DNA of 61,607 nucleotides, counting the filler. It is 4 parts of 4 records of this genome, joined end to end, with 100 filler letters (N's around TTAATTAATTAA, not from the genome) between each part and the next. Parts side by side here need not be neighbours in the genome. Positions count along the whole stretch, not along the records: positions 1 to 25,228 come from DRR723986_792; 3 more parts are not named here. One strand, written 5' to 3'. The translations under genes were made by a program, and so were the position numbers. Every line of letters starts with the position of its first letter. The first letter of the stretch is position 1. The notes below the pieces were generated by a model. The model was not told the origin of the DNA, made no database searches, and saw only the letters and a list, made by a program, of their open reading frames with translations. Positions 11,220 through 22,130 of this stretch are shown in pieces.

Positions 11220-11310
11220 ATATGTTTCGACTTGGTGGGTTGTATAATGCTGTAGCTGCCCGCTGTCGAGAGGCACACTCAGCAGGCCCACTCGAAACAA
11301 AATTGCCTCA

Positions 11311-11344
11311 AACAAAAAACGGCAGCTCCGCAGAGCTGCCGTTC
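11311..11344 (-). terminator. Rho-independent terminator of cspA
   Basis: AACGGCAGCTC-TGCG-GAGCTGCCGTT followed by TTTTGTT on the minus strand. Confidence 0.85.
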
Positions 11345-11366
11345 CTGTTCCTGATTCCAGGAAACC

Positions 11367-11576
11367 TTAGAGAACCTTCAGGTCCACCGCCGAGGTCTTG
11401 CCGCGGCGCTCGTCCTTGTAGAGCTCGTAGGAAACCGCCTGGTCTTCCGCGAGCGTGCGGAGGCCCGAGCGTTCAACTGCGGAGATGTGAACGAACACGT
11501 CCGTGCCGCCTTCATCAGGTTTGATGAAGCCAAAGCCCTTCTGGTCGTTGAACCATTTCACTTTGCCAGTTGCCAT
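11367..11576 (-). CDS. cspA: Cold-shock protein
   Basis: MATGKVKWFNDQKGFGFI...DVFVHISA (RNP1/RNP2). Confidence 0.96.
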   Translation of the reverse strand: MATGKVKWFNDQKGFGFIKPDEGGTDVFVHISAVERSGLRTLAEDQAVSYELYKDERRGKTSAVDLKVL

Positions 11577-11760
11577 TACTTGTAGTCCTTTGTGTCAATT
11601 CAAGCAGCCGATCCCGGAATGGGAAGGTCTGCCTATCGAAACGGGTAGGAAGAAAGTCATGGCCGTCGGTCTGACGGGGTCTTGATATTTCAGACCGACC
11701 GAATTCGATGCGACATTTTGTACACGCTTTACAGTCTTCCGTCAACAAAATCCGCAGGGG

Positions 11761-12474
11761 TCAGACGATCTCGAAATCGTACCAGACTGGGTCACAATCC
11801 CCGAGCCTCTTTGTCTCATATCGGGTCGTCACATGGTCGCCGGGCGCGCAACGCCAGTCGTCTGCCTTTTCGGCCAGCCAGCGATAGCCGCCATGCTGCA
11901 GGAAGCGCCACAGCGCCTCGTCGGCATAGCTCGTCACATCGGTCGCAAAGCGTATGCGCGCACCTTTCCGGCAGGCGCGGTGCAGGCTTTCCAGAAAGTC
12001 CGGCTGGATCAGGCGCCGCTTCTGCTGGCGCTTCTTGGGCCAGGGGTCCGGGAACATGATGAACACCCGCGCGAGGCTGCCCGGCGCAAGCGCGTCGATC
12101 AACGGCCGCGCATCGTCCATCCGGAGGCAGACATTATCCAGGCCATCGGCATCGACCTGCGTCAAGGCCTTGGCCATGCCTTCGATGAAGGGCTCGCAGC
12201 CGATGAAGCCGACCTCCGGGTTCCGGCGCGCCTGTTCGGCAAGGTGCTCCCCGCCGCCGAAACCGATCTCCAGCCAGGTTTCCGTCAGACCCGGGAACAT
12301 CTCCAGCGGATCGCTCAGCCCGTCCGGAACCTGCAGTTTCGGCAACAGATCATCGACCAATGCCTGCTGGCGCCCCGACAGCGCCCGGCCACCAATGCGG
12401 CCGAAAGTACGGATCGGGCGCGCGGGTTGCTCGCCGCCCTCTTTGCCGCCCTTATTACCTGATATCTCGTTCAT
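11761..12474 (-). CDS. trmB: tRNA (guanine-N7)-methyltransferase
   Basis: LEIGFGGGEHL, FPDPWPKKR, RFATD, TRYE. Confidence 0.96.
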   Translation of the reverse strand: MNEISGNKGGKEGGEQPARPIRTFGRIGGRALSGRQQALVDDLLPKLQVPDGLSDPLEMFPGLTETWLEIGFGGGEHLAEQARRNPEVGFIGCEPFIEGMAKALTQVDADGLDNVCLRMDDARPLIDALAPGSLARVFIMFPDPWPKKRQQKRRLIQPDFLESLHRACRKGARIRFATDVTSYADEALWRFLQHGGYRWLAEKADDWRCAPGDHVTTRYETKRLGDCDPVWYDFEIV

Positions 12475-12506
12475 GGCGGGCCTGATGCCCGAGCCCTGCG
12501 CTGCAA

Positions 12507-12941
12507 TCAATCCTCGCCCTGCTTCGACTCGAAAGCAGATGCAGCGGCCCGTACCGTGTTCAGCAGCGACTTGCGCAGGGAATCGTCCTCGATCTTCTGG
12601 AAGGCCGCGATGAGGTCCAGCGTCTCCGCGTCCAGCACAGGCGCGCGCGGTCCGTCGCTTGCGCTGCCGCCCTCGGCGAAGCGATGTTGCTGGTCATCTT
12701 CCAGCTGGCTTTCGGCGCCATCGTAGAAATAATTGACGTTCACGCCCATGACCGAGGCGATCTCGAACAGGCGCCCGGCCGAGACACGGTTCACACCCTT
12801 CTCGTATTTCTGCACCTGCTGGAAGGTCAGGCTCAGCAATTCGGCGAGTTGTTCCTGGGACAGCTTCAGTTCCCGGCGGCGCCAGCGAATACGCTGGCCG
12901 ACGACGCGGTCTATTCCACTCGGAAGCTTGCTGTCAGACAT
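12507..12941 (-). CDS. XRE-family HTH transcriptional regulator
   Basis: VGQRIRWRR...SQEQLA...TFQQVQKYEKGVNRV. Confidence 0.93.
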   Translation of the reverse strand: MSDSKLPSGIDRVVGQRIRWRRRELKLSQEQLAELLSLTFQQVQKYEKGVNRVSAGRLFEIASVMGVNVNYFYDGAESQLEDDQQHRFAEGGSASDGPRAPVLDAETLDLIAAFQKIEDDSLRKSLLNTVRAAASAFESKQGED

Positions 12942-12983
12942 TTAACCCCTACCCGCGACGAAAATGTGGTCCGGCGCGCACTC

Positions 12984-14627
12984 CTAGCGGCGCCATGTTG
13001 CAAATGCCAGACCCACAAAGGCGGCAAGCGTGAGCCAGAACAGCACAACACCTGCCCGGCTCTGGAACAGGGTCACTTTCGCCGGGGCCGGCAGCTTGCC
13101 GCGCCCGAAGGTCGTATTCCAGCCAGAGGGGGCATCCTGGACCGGTGAGGCGCGCAGCACTTCGCGGCCATAGCCGTCGATAATTGCCGAGGCGCCACGG
13201 CTGGCGACACGCGCCATGGGCAGGCCGCTCTCGATCGCGCGATACCGGTTCTGCGCATAGTGCTGGGACGGGCCCATGCCGCCACCGAACCAGGCATCGT
13301 TGGAGACGAGGACAATCCAGTCCGCCCGCGTGGCAAGGTTCGCCGCGCGCGTAATCTCCGGGTAGAGGCCCTCATAGCAGATCAGCGCCACGAAAGGCGG
13401 CACATTGTCGGCAAAGATCACGGCCGGGCCCGTGCCGGGATGGAACCCGTTTCGGGCCAGCTGCTGCATCGCGCCCGGCAGGAAGTCCGACATGGCCTGC
13501 CCGAAGGGGATGATTTCTGCGGCGGCCAGTTCGCCGAACGGGACGAGCCGGAACTTGTCGTAGAGTGCCACGGCACCCGAGCGGCTGACATTCTCGTCAA
13601 GCACCACCATGGAATTGAAATAAACGCGCTCATTCTGCCCTTCGAGCTGGTAGCGCGTCGTCCCGGCGATCAGCGTGCGCGGGCCGAGATAGGCGCCGAT
13701 CGCATCCAGCGCGTTGATGTCGTTCAGCAGGCTGGTCGGCACCGCCCCTTCCGGCCAGATCATGATGTCCCCGGGCTGGCTCTCACCATTGGTCATCATG
13801 CGCAGGTATTCGATCATCACCGGATCAGGACCGGTTTCCCATTTTTCGTCCTGCGGCACGCCGGAATCCATCAGGACGACATATTGCTCCGTCAGCGGCG
13901 ACGGCGCGGCGATGCGCTGCGCGCCCCAGGCCCAGCCGACCGCCAGCAGGATGACCGCCCCGAAGGACGGTGCGATACGCAGCACCAGACCGCGCGCGTC
14001 TCGCGTGTCCACCATTGCGGCGGGCGCCGACATGACGAAGACGGTCAGAAGGGTCAGCCAATAGACCCCTCCAAGCGACGCCGCCTGAGAGATCGCGCCG
14101 CCCGGCACCCAGGTCGTGCCGGGCAGGTTCCACGGGAAGCCCCCAAACAAATGCCCGCGCACGAATTCGGCAATGGCAAAGAAGAAAGCAAAAACGAACA
14201 CACGAGATGGCGATGCAGACCAGAAGGCGCCCGCCATCGCCCCGAATGCGCCCCAGATCAGTGCCATGCCAGCCGGCAGCAGGATCAGCGGCATCCAGAG
14301 AAAGACGGCGAAACGTTCCGGCTCGACCAGGAAAGGCTCGGCCGTCCAGTGCATGGAAATCAGGGTGAAACCGACGCCGAATGCCCAGGTGCGCATGAAC
14401 ACCGCCCTGCCCCATCGGCGATGACTGCGGGCGCCGTCGATCATCCAGATCAGGCCGGTGAAAGACAGCGCCAGCACGGCGCTGAAATGGAACGGGGCAA
14501 AGGCAACGGCCGAGAACGCGCCCAGCAGGACGGCGGCGCCGGCGGCGGCCCAGCCGGTCAGACGGGCAAAGGCTTCGTGAAGGGGTCCAAGCGCAGTGAA
14601 CCCGTGGCTGCGGACAGCGGTATTCAT
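12984..14627 (-). CDS. lnt: Apolipoprotein N-acyltransferase
   Basis: GGFPWN, WPEGA, YDKFRLVPFGE, LICYE, SNDAWF. Confidence 0.96.
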   Translation of the reverse strand: MNTAVRSHGFTALGPLHEAFARLTGWAAAGAAVLLGAFSAVAFAPFHFSAVLALSFTGLIWMIDGARSHRRWGRAVFMRTWAFGVGFTLISMHWTAEPFLVEPERFAVFLWMPLILLPAGMALIWGAFGAMAGAFWSASPSRVFVFAFFFAIAEFVRGHLFGGFPWNLPGTTWVPGGAISQAASLGGVYWLTLLTVFVMSAPAAMVDTRDARGLVLRIAPSFGAVILLAVGWAWGAQRIAAPSPLTEQYVVLMDSGVPQDEKWETGPDPVMIEYLRMMTNGESQPGDIMIWPEGAVPTSLLNDINALDAIGAYLGPRTLIAGTTRYQLEGQNERVYFNSMVVLDENVSRSGAVALYDKFRLVPFGELAAAEIIPFGQAMSDFLPGAMQQLARNGFHPGTGPAVIFADNVPPFVALICYEGLYPEITRAANLATRADWIVLVSNDAWFGGGMGPSQHYAQNRYRAIESGLPMARVASRGASAIIDGYGREVLRASPVQDAPSGWNTTFGRGKLPAPAKVTLFQSRAGVVLFWLTLAAFVGLAFATWRR

Positions 14628-14633
14628 TTTTGC

Positions 14634-15509
14634 CTACTCCTGCGGCTTGGGCGCGGGCACAGGTTCGGGCGTCCTGAGACGCAGGCGCCGGATGCGGCGG
14701 GCATCGGCATCGAGGACTTCAATCTCGACGCCGGACGGATGCTTGAGGATTTCCCCGCGCACCGGCACACGGCCAGCCAGCGCGTAGGCAATCCCGCCCA
14801 GCGTGTCGAATTCCGAATCCTCATCACTGAGTTCGAGGTCAATCCCCGTCTCCTCGGCGAAATCCTGTATTTCGGTGCGCGCATCGACTTCCCAGACCCG
14901 AGCGCTGCGCCGGACGAACATGGGCTCTTCATCATCGTGTTCGTCTTCGATGTCACCGACGATTTCCTCAACCAGGTCTTCCAGACTCACAAGTCCGTCC
15001 GTTCCGCCATATTCATCCACAACCAATGCCAGATGGATGCGGGTCGACTGCATCTTCACCAGCAAATCGGACAGTTTCATGGAGGGCGGCACATAAAGCA
15101 CTTCCCGGTGCAGCCGTTCCAGCGGGCGCTTGGGCGGTTCGCCGCCCTTGGCCAGTTCGCTGACGACATCCTTGATGTGAACAAAACCGATCGGATCATC
15201 CAGCGTTTCCCGGAACACCGGCAGGCGCGAATGGGTGCATTCGGCAAAGACTTTCAGAAGGTCGGGGAATTCGGTGTTCACCTCGACGGCCTTCACCTCG
15301 GCCCGGGCAACCATCACATCTTCGACGCGCAGTTCCTGGAATTCCTGGATGCGCAGGCGCATCGCCTGCGGGGTCACCGGGGCGGCCGCCTCCGGATTGC
15401 CATTTGGTTCAGCCGGTGCTTCAGGCGCACTTTCCTGCCGGCGGCCTATTCCGAAAAAACTACGCCGGCGCCTTTGAGGCGCGGGTTCTGAAGGGTCTGG
15501 ATCGCTCAT
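14634..15509 (-). CDS. corC: HlyC/CorC-family CBS-domain transporter-associated protein
   Basis: HSRLPV, LALVVDEYGGTDGLVSLEDLVEEIVGDIEDEHD. Confidence 0.92.
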   Translation of the reverse strand: MSDPDPSEPAPQRRRRSFFGIGRRQESAPEAPAEPNGNPEAAAPVTPQAMRLRIQEFQELRVEDVMVARAEVKAVEVNTEFPDLLKVFAECTHSRLPVFRETLDDPIGFVHIKDVVSELAKGGEPPKRPLERLHREVLYVPPSMKLSDLLVKMQSTRIHLALVVDEYGGTDGLVSLEDLVEEIVGDIEDEHDDEEPMFVRRSARVWEVDARTEIQDFAEETGIDLELSDEDSEFDTLGGIAYALAGRVPVRGEILKHPSGVEIEVLDADARRIRRLRLRTPEPVPAPKPQE

Positions 15510-15521
15510 CGTCTCTGTAAA

Positions 15522-15971
15522 TCAGTCCGTTCCATATGGGTTTGGAATGCCGAGCGATGCAAGCGCCTTTATTTCCAATCCCTCCATGATCTCGGCCTCT
15601 GCCTCCACCTCATGATCATGCCCGAGAAGGTGAAGGTAACCATGCACCAGCAGGTGCGTCAGGTGATCGGCGAGGCTGATGCCCTGCGCCTCTGCATCGC
15701 GCGCGGAAACGCCGAGCGCGACGGCAATGTCGCCCAGCTGCGGCCGGTCCATCTCGTGGGCCGGAAAAGACAGAACATCCGTCGGCTTGTCCTTGCCCCT
15801 GAAATCCCGGTTCAGCTGGTGCAGCGTCTCGTCATCCGCCAGCAGGAGGGACACGGTGCCTTCAGCGGGCTCAACGGCTGCCGCAGCCGCAAAGGCGCGG
15901 TCGCACAGGGCGGCAAGATCCGGCACAGCTTCCCAGCCGGTCTCTTCAACGATCAGGTCTGTTGTAATCAT
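15522..15971 (-). CDS. ybeY: rRNA maturation endoribonuclease
   Basis: [28 protein letters not shown]. Confidence 0.96.
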   Translation of the reverse strand: MITTDLIVEETGWEAVPDLAALCDRAFAAAAAVEPAEGTVSLLLADDETLHQLNRDFRGKDKPTDVLSFPAHEMDRPQLGDIAVALGVSARDAEAQGISLADHLTHLLVHGYLHLLGHDHEVEAEAEIMEGLEIKALASLGIPNPYGTD

Positions 15972-15979
15972 CGGACGGC

Positions 15980-16969
15980 TCAGTTGCCCTCGCCGGCGGC
16001 AGCGTAGGCATCGATGATCCGGCTGACGAGGCCATGACGCACGACATCTGCGGCGGTCAGCGTGTGCACACTTATCCCCTCGACATCCGACAGGATCTGC
16101 AGTGCGTGCCGCAGGCCCGAGGCCTGGATGCCCGGCAGGTCCACCTGGCCCGGATCGCCGGTGACCACCATACGGCTGTCGCGGCCAAGCCGGGTCAGCA
16201 CCATTTTCATCTGCGGAACGGTCGTGTTCTGCGCCTCATCGACGATGACGAAGGCATTCTTCAGCGTCCGCCCGCGCATGAAGGCGATCGGGGCGACCTC
16301 GATCTCGCCGCGCGCCATGCGGCGTTCCATCTGCTCCTGGCCCATCAGCTCGCGCAGGCTGTCCCAGATGGGCAGCATGTAGGGGTCGACCTTCTCTTCC
16401 AGCGTGCCGGGCAGGAAGCCGAGCTTTTCACCCGCTTCGACAGCAGGGCGCGTCACGATCAGGCGTTGGCGCGCGCCGGAGATCAGTTCGGCCACACCGG
16501 CCGCAACAGCCAGGAAGGTCTTGCCGGTGCCGGCCGGGCCGATGCCGAAGACGAGCCCGTTATCCGGATTGGCCAGCAGATTGATGTAGCGCGCTTGACC
16601 CTTGGTCTGTGGCGTGATCGGCTTTTTCAGACCCTTCAGGCCACCGCCGAAACTCTGCGCCGGGGTGGAGGCGGCTTCGATGGCCGCATCAAGGTCCATG
16701 TCGGTAATGTCTGCGCCGGACCGCATGCGGCGCTCCAGCTCCGCCAGCGCGGCCTCCGCAATGGAGACGCCCTCTGCCGTACCGGCCAGCAGGATGCCGC
16801 CGCCCTGGCTTTCGGCCCGCAGGCCATCATCCTTCAGCTTGGCTTCCAGCCGGTGCAGATACCGGTGATGCGGCCCGCACAGGTCGCGCAGGCGCTCGGC
16901 ATTGCTGACTTCGTAGAACCGGCTCACCGGCGCTTCCGGTGACATGTTCGGACGGCGCTTTCCGCTCAC
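15980..16969 (-). CDS. phoH: PhoH-family ATPase (YbeZ-like)
   Basis: [33 protein letters not shown]. Confidence 0.95.
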   Translation of the reverse strand: MSGKRRPNMSPEAPVSRFYEVSNAERLRDLCGPHHRYLHRLEAKLKDDGLRAESQGGGILLAGTAEGVSIAEAALAELERRMRSGADITDMDLDAAIEAASTPAQSFGGGLKGLKKPITPQTKGQARYINLLANPDNGLVFGIGPAGTGKTFLAVAAGVAELISGARQRLIVTRPAVEAGEKLGFLPGTLEEKVDPYMLPIWDSLRELMGQEQMERRMARGEIEVAPIAFMRGRTLKNAFVIVDEAQNTTVPQMKMVLTRLGRDSRMVVTGDPGQVDLPGIQASGLRHALQILSDVEGISVHTLTAADVVRHGLVSRIIDAYAAAGEGN

Positions 16970-18363
16970 AGGGCGGCCTCGCGAACGTTGACCAACTCAC
17001 CGGTAAGCGAGTTGAGGCTCGCATCGATCACGCGGACGTCCACGATGGTGCCGACCAGGTCCGGTATCGTCATGGCATGATCCTGCGGCAGTTCGAAGTG
17101 AACCGCCTGAAGCCACGGTGAGCGGCCATGCGCCTGGCCCGGATTGCGGCCCTTGCCTGTGATGAGGACCGGAACGGTCTGGTCGATCTTGGAGCGGTTG
17201 AACCCGATCTGCTGCTCGCGCAGAAGCTGTTGCAGCTGCTGCAGGCGCGCGTCTTTCACCTCTTCCGGCACCTGGCCGAACATGTTCGCCGCCGGCGTGC
17301 CGGGACGGGCCGAATATTTGAAGGAATAGGCGATTGCGTAATCGATATCGCGGACGAGCTGCATCGTCGCCTCGAAATCGGCATCGCTCTCGCCCGGAAA
17401 ACCGACAATGAAATCAGAGGCAATCGCGATATCGGGCCGCGCTTCGCGCACCTTCCGGATGATTTCGCGGTATTCTTCCGCTGTATGGCCACGGTTCATG
17501 GCCTTCAGGATATTGTCTGAGCCCGACTGCACCGGCAGGTGCAGGAAAGGCATCATTTCCGGCACCTCGCCATGGGCGGCGATCAGGTCATCATCCATGT
17601 CGCGGGGATGGCTGGTCGTGTAGCGGATCCGCTCGATCCCGCCGACTTTCGCGATATGCCGGACAAGTTGGCCGAGCGTCCAGTCGGCTTCATTGGTCAG
17701 GGCCGGTGCGGCGCCGTGGAAGGCGTTCACATTCTGGCCGAGCAGCGTGATCTCGCGCACGCCCTGAGCGGCAAGGCTTCGGGCCTCCATCGTAATATCA
17801 TCGACAGGGCGCGAGAGTTCGGCGCCGCGCGTATAGGGCACGACGCAGAAGGTGCAGAACTTGTCGCAACCTTCCTGAACGGACAGGAACGCCGTCGGCC
17901 CGTCCGCCTCGCGCGTCTTCGGCAGGGCGTCGAACTTCTCGAGTGTCTCGAATTCGGTTTCCAGCCGGTCACCCACAGCGCGGCTGGCCCGGGCGATCAT
18001 CTCCGGCAGCTTGTGATAGGCCTGCGGGCCGAGCACCAGGTCCACGGCAGGCTGGCGACGCATGATTTCAGCGCCTTCAGCCTGGGCGACACAGCCTGCC
18101 ACGGCGATGGTGAGATTGCCGCCACGCGCCTGCTTGGTCAGTTTCAGCTGGCCCAGCTCCGAATAAACCTTTTCGGTCGCCTTTTCGCGGATATGGCAGG
18201 TGTTGAGCACGACGAGGTCGGCTTCATCAGCACTCTCTACCGGCGCATAACCGAGCGGCCGCAGCACATCTCGCATGCGCTCGGAGTCATATACATTCAT
18301 CTGGCAGCCATAGGTCTTGATGAAGACGCCTTTGGCCTGCTTGGATTCGCGGGGGTCGGTCAT
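16966..18363 (-). CDS. miaB: tRNA-2-methylthio-N6-dimethylallyladenosine synthase
   Basis: [32 protein letters not shown] and a TRAM domain. Confidence 0.98.
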   Translation of the reverse strand: MTDPRESKQAKGVFIKTYGCQMNVYDSERMRDVLRPLGYAPVESADEADLVVLNTCHIREKATEKVYSELGQLKLTKQARGGNLTIAVAGCVAQAEGAEIMRRQPAVDLVLGPQAYHKLPEMIARASRAVGDRLETEFETLEKFDALPKTREADGPTAFLSVQEGCDKFCTFCVVPYTRGAELSRPVDDITMEARSLAAQGVREITLLGQNVNAFHGAAPALTNEADWTLGQLVRHIAKVGGIERIRYTTSHPRDMDDDLIAAHGEVPEMMPFLHLPVQSGSDNILKAMNRGHTAEEYREIIRKVREARPDIAIASDFIVGFPGESDADFEATMQLVRDIDYAIAYSFKYSARPGTPAANMFGQVPEEVKDARLQQLQQLLREQQIGFNRSKIDQTVPVLITGKGRNPGQAHGRSPWLQAVHFELPQDHAMTIPDLVGTIVDVRVIDASLNSLTGELVNVREAAL

Positions 18364-18509
18364 TCGCGGGCTTATGCCTGAAAACAGGCCGTCCTTCCAC
18401 AGCCGATTGCGGAGCCCTTGCAGCGTTACATACCTGCAATGCTCGCTTCACACATGGGCAAACGGGGTTAGTGTCGGCCCCAAGCAGAGTAAAGGAGCCG
18501 GGGAGGCTT

Positions 18510-19988
18510 ATGGAAAACATTATTCGGGCGCTAAATGAATTCGTCTGGGGGCCGCCCATGCTGGTGCTCCTGCTGGGAACCGGGCTCTATCTGACGATCG
18601 GCCTCCGGCTGCTGTCGGTTCTGAAGATCCCGTTCGCCTTCGGCCAGCTGTTCAAGAAACCGGACCAGAATGAAGAAGGTGACGTCACCCCGTTCGCCGC
18701 CCTGATGACCGCCCTGTCCTCCACGATCGGTACCGGCAACATTGCCGGCGTCGCGGCAGCGATCGCTATTGGCGGACCGGGCGCGGTGTTCTGGATGTGG
18801 ATCACGGCCATCGTCGGCACAGCCACGAAATATTCCGAAGGCGTGCTGGCCGTCCGCTTCCGCGAGATCGACCATGACGGCCGCCATGTCGGCGGGCCGA
18901 TGTACTACATCAAGAACGGCATGGGGAAGAAATGGATCTGGCTCGGCGGCCTGTTCGCGACACTGGGCATCCTGGCCAGCTGGGGCACAGGCGCCTCGAT
19001 CCAGTCCAACTCGATCGCCGACGCCCTGAACGCAACTTATGGCATCTCACCGCTGATTTCGGCCGTCGTGCTGTCCGTCGCTGCAGCGGCGGTGATCCTG
19101 GGCGGGATCAAGCGGATTGCGAGCGTGGCGAGCCGGCTCGTGCCGGTCATGGCGATCTCCTATCTTGCCGGCGGCCTGCTGGTGATCTCGCTGCACCTCG
19201 ACGCCGTCCCGGCCGCCTTCGGCATGATCTTCTCCGGTGCGTTCGGCTTTGACAGCGCGGGCACCGGCATCTCCATCGGCCTTCTGATGCTGGCCATGCA
19301 GAAAGGTGTCGCGCGCGGCATCTTCTCGAACGAGGCTGGTCAGGGCTCCGCCCCGATCGCCCACGCTGCCGCCAAGATCCAGGACCCGGTCGATCAGGGC
19401 CTCGTCGCGATGCTGGGCACGATCATCGACACGCTGATCGTCTGCTCCATCACCGCGCTCGTGATCCTCACCTCCGGCGTGCTTGGCCCGGAATGCATTC
19501 CGACAGCTGCCAATGCCGCCGATATCCTGGCGAACGGACAGCCTGCTGGATGTGACACAGGCGCGCCACTGACCGTTGCCGCATTTGATGCGGGCCTGAC
19601 CGGCATCGGCGAGCATATCGTCGCCATCGGCCTGACCGTGTTTGGCTTCACGACCATTCTCGGCTGGAGCTATTATGGCGAACGCTGCTGCGAATACCTG
19701 TTCGGCGAGAAGTCGATCCTGCCGTTCCGCATCAGCTGGATCGTGGTCACCTTCTTCGGTGCCGCCGCCCTGATGTTCGAAGGCTCGGTCGCCAATATCG
19801 TGAACCTGTTCTGGCTGGTTGCCGATACGCTGACCGGCATGATGGCCGCGCCGAACCTTGTCGGTCTGGTCTTCCTGAGCCCGGTCGTGTTCGCGATGAC
19901 CAAGGCGCACTTCGACGCCGTCCGGAACGACACACCGAAGCCGCGCTATCCGATCATCGACCAGCGTAAGCAGGCGCCGAAAGAGTAA
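18510..19988 (+). CDS. Alanine/glycine:cation symporter (AGCS family)
   Basis: GTGNIAGVA, GGPGAVFWMW, GGPMYYI, RGIFSNEAG. GGAGG RBS before ATG 18510. Confidence 0.95.
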   Translation: MENIIRALNEFVWGPPMLVLLLGTGLYLTIGLRLLSVLKIPFAFGQLFKKPDQNEEGDVTPFAALMTALSSTIGTGNIAGVAAAIAIGGPGAVFWMWITAIVGTATKYSEGVLAVRFREIDHDGRHVGGPMYYIKNGMGKKWIWLGGLFATLGILASWGTGASIQSNSIADALNATYGISPLISAVVLSVAAAAVILGGIKRIASVASRLVPVMAISYLAGGLLVISLHLDAVPAAFGMIFSGAFGFDSAGTGISIGLLMLAMQKGVARGIFSNEAGQGSAPIAHAAAKIQDPVDQGLVAMLGTIIDTLIVCSITALVILTSGVLGPECIPTAANAADILANGQPAGCDTGAPLTVAAFDAGLTGIGEHIVAIGLTVFGFTTILGWSYYGERCCEYLFGEKSILPFRISWIVVTFFGAAALMFEGSVANIVNLFWLVADTLTGMMAAPNLVGLVFLSPVVFAMTKAHFDAVRNDTPKPRYPIIDQRKQAPKE

Positions 19989-20007
19989 GGCGCTTTCCCC
20001 CAAAACG

Positions 20008-20048
20008 AACGCCCCGCCCGGCATCAGCCAGGCGGGGCGTTTTCATTT
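20008..20048 (+). terminator. Terminator between convergent genes
   Basis: AACGCCCCGCC...GGCGGGGCGTT followed by TTCATTT. Confidence 0.8.
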
Positions 20049-20116
20049 CAGCACGATAAAGAACACGATACATGGGCGATATACGGACGATTTATATGCG
20101 CCCTTTCTGAGCGGCC

Positions 20117-20590
20117 TTACCAGCTGCCGATATTCTCTGCGCTGGCCCAGGGCTCCTTCGGTGCCAGCGGCTTGCCCTGCTGGAGCAATTCCACCGAGAT
20201 GCCATCCGGCGAGCGGACGAAGGCCATGCGCCCGTCGCGCGGCGGACGGTTGATCGTGACGCCAAGGCCCTGCAGCTTTTCGACCGCGTCATAGATGTCC
20301 GAGACCGAATAGGCGAGGTGGCCGAAATTGCGCCCGCCGCCATAATCTTCCGGGTCCCAGTTGTGGGTCAGTTCGATCATCGGGATCTGCATGTCGGTCG
20401 GGCTCTTGCCCTCCGGGATGCCGCCGCAGCGTTCGATATCTGCCGGGGAGGCGAGGAAGACCAGCGTGAAGCGCCCGGCCTCGCTGTCATAGCGGCCGAC
20501 TTCCGTCAGGCCGAGGCCCTCGCAATAGAATTTGAGCGAAGCGTCGATATCGGTGACGCGCACCATGGCATGCAGGAATTCGATGCTCAT
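20117..20590 (-). CDS. gloA: VOC-family lactoylglutathione lyase (glyoxalase I)
   Basis: FLHAMVRV...FTLVFL...ELTHNWD...FGHLA...RPPRDG.MAFVRSPDGISVELLQ. Confidence 0.88.
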   Translation of the reverse strand: MSIEFLHAMVRVTDIDASLKFYCEGLGLTEVGRYDSEAGRFTLVFLASPADIERCGGIPEGKSPTDMQIPMIELTHNWDPEDYGGGRNFGHLAYSVSDIYDAVEKLQGLGVTINRPPRDGRMAFVRSPDGISVELLQQGKPLAPKEPWASAENIGSW

Positions 20591-21051
20591 CAGGCACCTC
20601 CGTTCAGATCGCGAATGACTTGTTTCAGATTGGGCGGCATGAGCGCGTAATAGCGGCGCATGGCAATCGCCAGAAGACCGATCGTGGAGAACATGAATGT
20701 CAGGAACACCATGAATGTGTGGATCAGTGTGCCGGTCTCGAAGACCGGTGACTTGCCGCTCATCTCCCAGAATATCTGCCAAACGGCATTGAAGCCGGCC
20801 ACGAAGGGTCCGAGCAACAGGAACATGATGGCGGCGCAGACGAAGAAATAGGTCTGCCCCCTCGGCCCTTCGCTGCGCAGATAGAGATCGGTGAACGCCT
20901 CGTCGGTCACGCTTTCAGGCAGTTCCTTGTCGCGCTTCTTCGCGGCGAGCACGTCCGGCGCAAAGGCCTTCACCTCTCTCCAGCGCCAGGCAAGACTGGC
21001 GCCCCAGATCAGCAATCCGGCAACGACGAAGAAATAGAGCAGCATGAGCAA
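20590..21051 (-). CDS. Hypothetical membrane protein
   Basis: Three hydrophobic segments, and its stop overlaps the gloA start. Confidence 0.75.
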   Translation of the reverse strand: MLMLLYFFVVAGLLIWGASLAWRWREVKAFAPDVLAAKKRDKELPESVTDEAFTDLYLRSEGPRGQTYFFVCAAIMFLLLGPFVAGFNAVWQIFWEMSGKSPVFETGTLIHTFMVFLTFMFSTIGLLAIAMRRYYALMPPNLKQVIRDLNGGA

Positions 21052-21081
21052 GCCGTCCGGGCTGTGCGCCCCGGTCAGCCA

Positions 21082-21966
21082 TCAGGCGGCATGGGCGCGT
21101 TCATAAGTGAGCATGGCGCGTTTGCGGGCCACACCCCAATGATAATTATGAAGACGCCCATCTGCCGCAAGGGCGCGATGACAGGGAATGAACCAGCTGA
21201 CCGGGTTTGCGCCGACCGCAGCCCCCACTGCCCGCGCCGCTTTCGGGTGCCCGCTGGCCCGTGCCAGGTCGCCATAGGTACAGGTGGTCCCGGCAGGGAC
21301 TTCCAGCAGGGCGCGCCAGACCTGCCGCCGGAAGGGCGTGCCATAAAGCGCGACCGGAAGCGGCTCACCCTTTTCGAAAACCTGCGCCGCCATTTTCCGC
21401 GCGGCGGCATCATCCCGCCGGATGTCGGCATCCGGATACCGCCCGGCCAGATCGGCAAAGGCGGCGTCCTCGCCATAGCCCGGATGGACGAACCCGGCCT
21501 TTTCAGGGGCGTTGTCGTCGATGAAGCCGAGCGCGACGAGCCCCCGGGGCGAGATCAGCCAGGCCCCTTCGCCGAACGGGGTCGGCGCCCGGCCAAGCAC
21601 AAGGTCAGCGCCCCGCCCGCCGGCCTTGGCTTCGCCGGGGGTCAGGCCCTCATGCGCAATGAACAAGTCATGCAGGCGGCCCGGGCCTGAAAGGCCCGTC
21701 TCGTACGTCGCGTCCAGAACGCTCGCGCCCTGGCGCAGCAATTCGCCGGCCTCGGCATGGGCGATGGCCGACTGGAACTGGCGCGGGGAGACGCCGGCCC
21801 AGCGGGTAAACTCCCGCTGGAAGTGGCCGGGGCTGAGGCCCATGGCCCCCGCGATCGAGGCCAGATCCGGCCAGTCCCGCCAGGTGTCACCCAGATAGGA
21901 GAGCGCCTCAGCCATGCGGTCATAGGCGGCGGCGCGTTCGTCGAGAGGGGTCGCTTGGGTCTGCAT
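21082..21966 (-). CDS. AraC-HTH / O6-methylguanine-DNA methyltransferase (Ada-like, no N-terminal Zn domain)
   Basis: SPGHFQREFTRWAGVSP HTH, and C-terminal ARAVGAAVGANP...IPCHR. Confidence 0.92.
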   Translation of the reverse strand: MQTQATPLDERAAAYDRMAEALSYLGDTWRDWPDLASIAGAMGLSPGHFQREFTRWAGVSPRQFQSAIAHAEAGELLRQGASVLDATYETGLSGPGRLHDLFIAHEGLTPGEAKAGGRGADLVLGRAPTPFGEGAWLISPRGLVALGFIDDNAPEKAGFVHPGYGEDAAFADLAGRYPDADIRRDDAAARKMAAQVFEKGEPLPVALYGTPFRRQVWRALLEVPAGTTCTYGDLARASGHPKAARAVGAAVGANPVSWFIPCHRALAADGRLHNYHWGVARKRAMLTYERAHAA

Positions 21967-22130
21967 GGGCACCAATCTGCCTGAGCGTTCGAAGCCCGGC
22001 CACCCGATTCTTGCGCCCTTGCGAAATGACGGGCGGAATGGCGGCAGGTCGGAATTGGCCTCTTCCCTGCCTGCGAAAAGCCCGGCATGACTACGCAACT
22101 CAAAAAACAAGAGACCGGAGTGAAACGGAC

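Noticed and set aside
23-15491. Very long plus-strand ORFs (413, 884, 691 and 743 aa)
   Set aside because: They are antisense shadows of pnp, infB, nusA and lnt/corC caused by high-GC codon bias, and show no protein motifs.
18364-18509. Glycine riboswitch upstream of the AGCS symporter
   Set aside because: The 146-nt divergent intergenic region shows no recognisable aptamer core.
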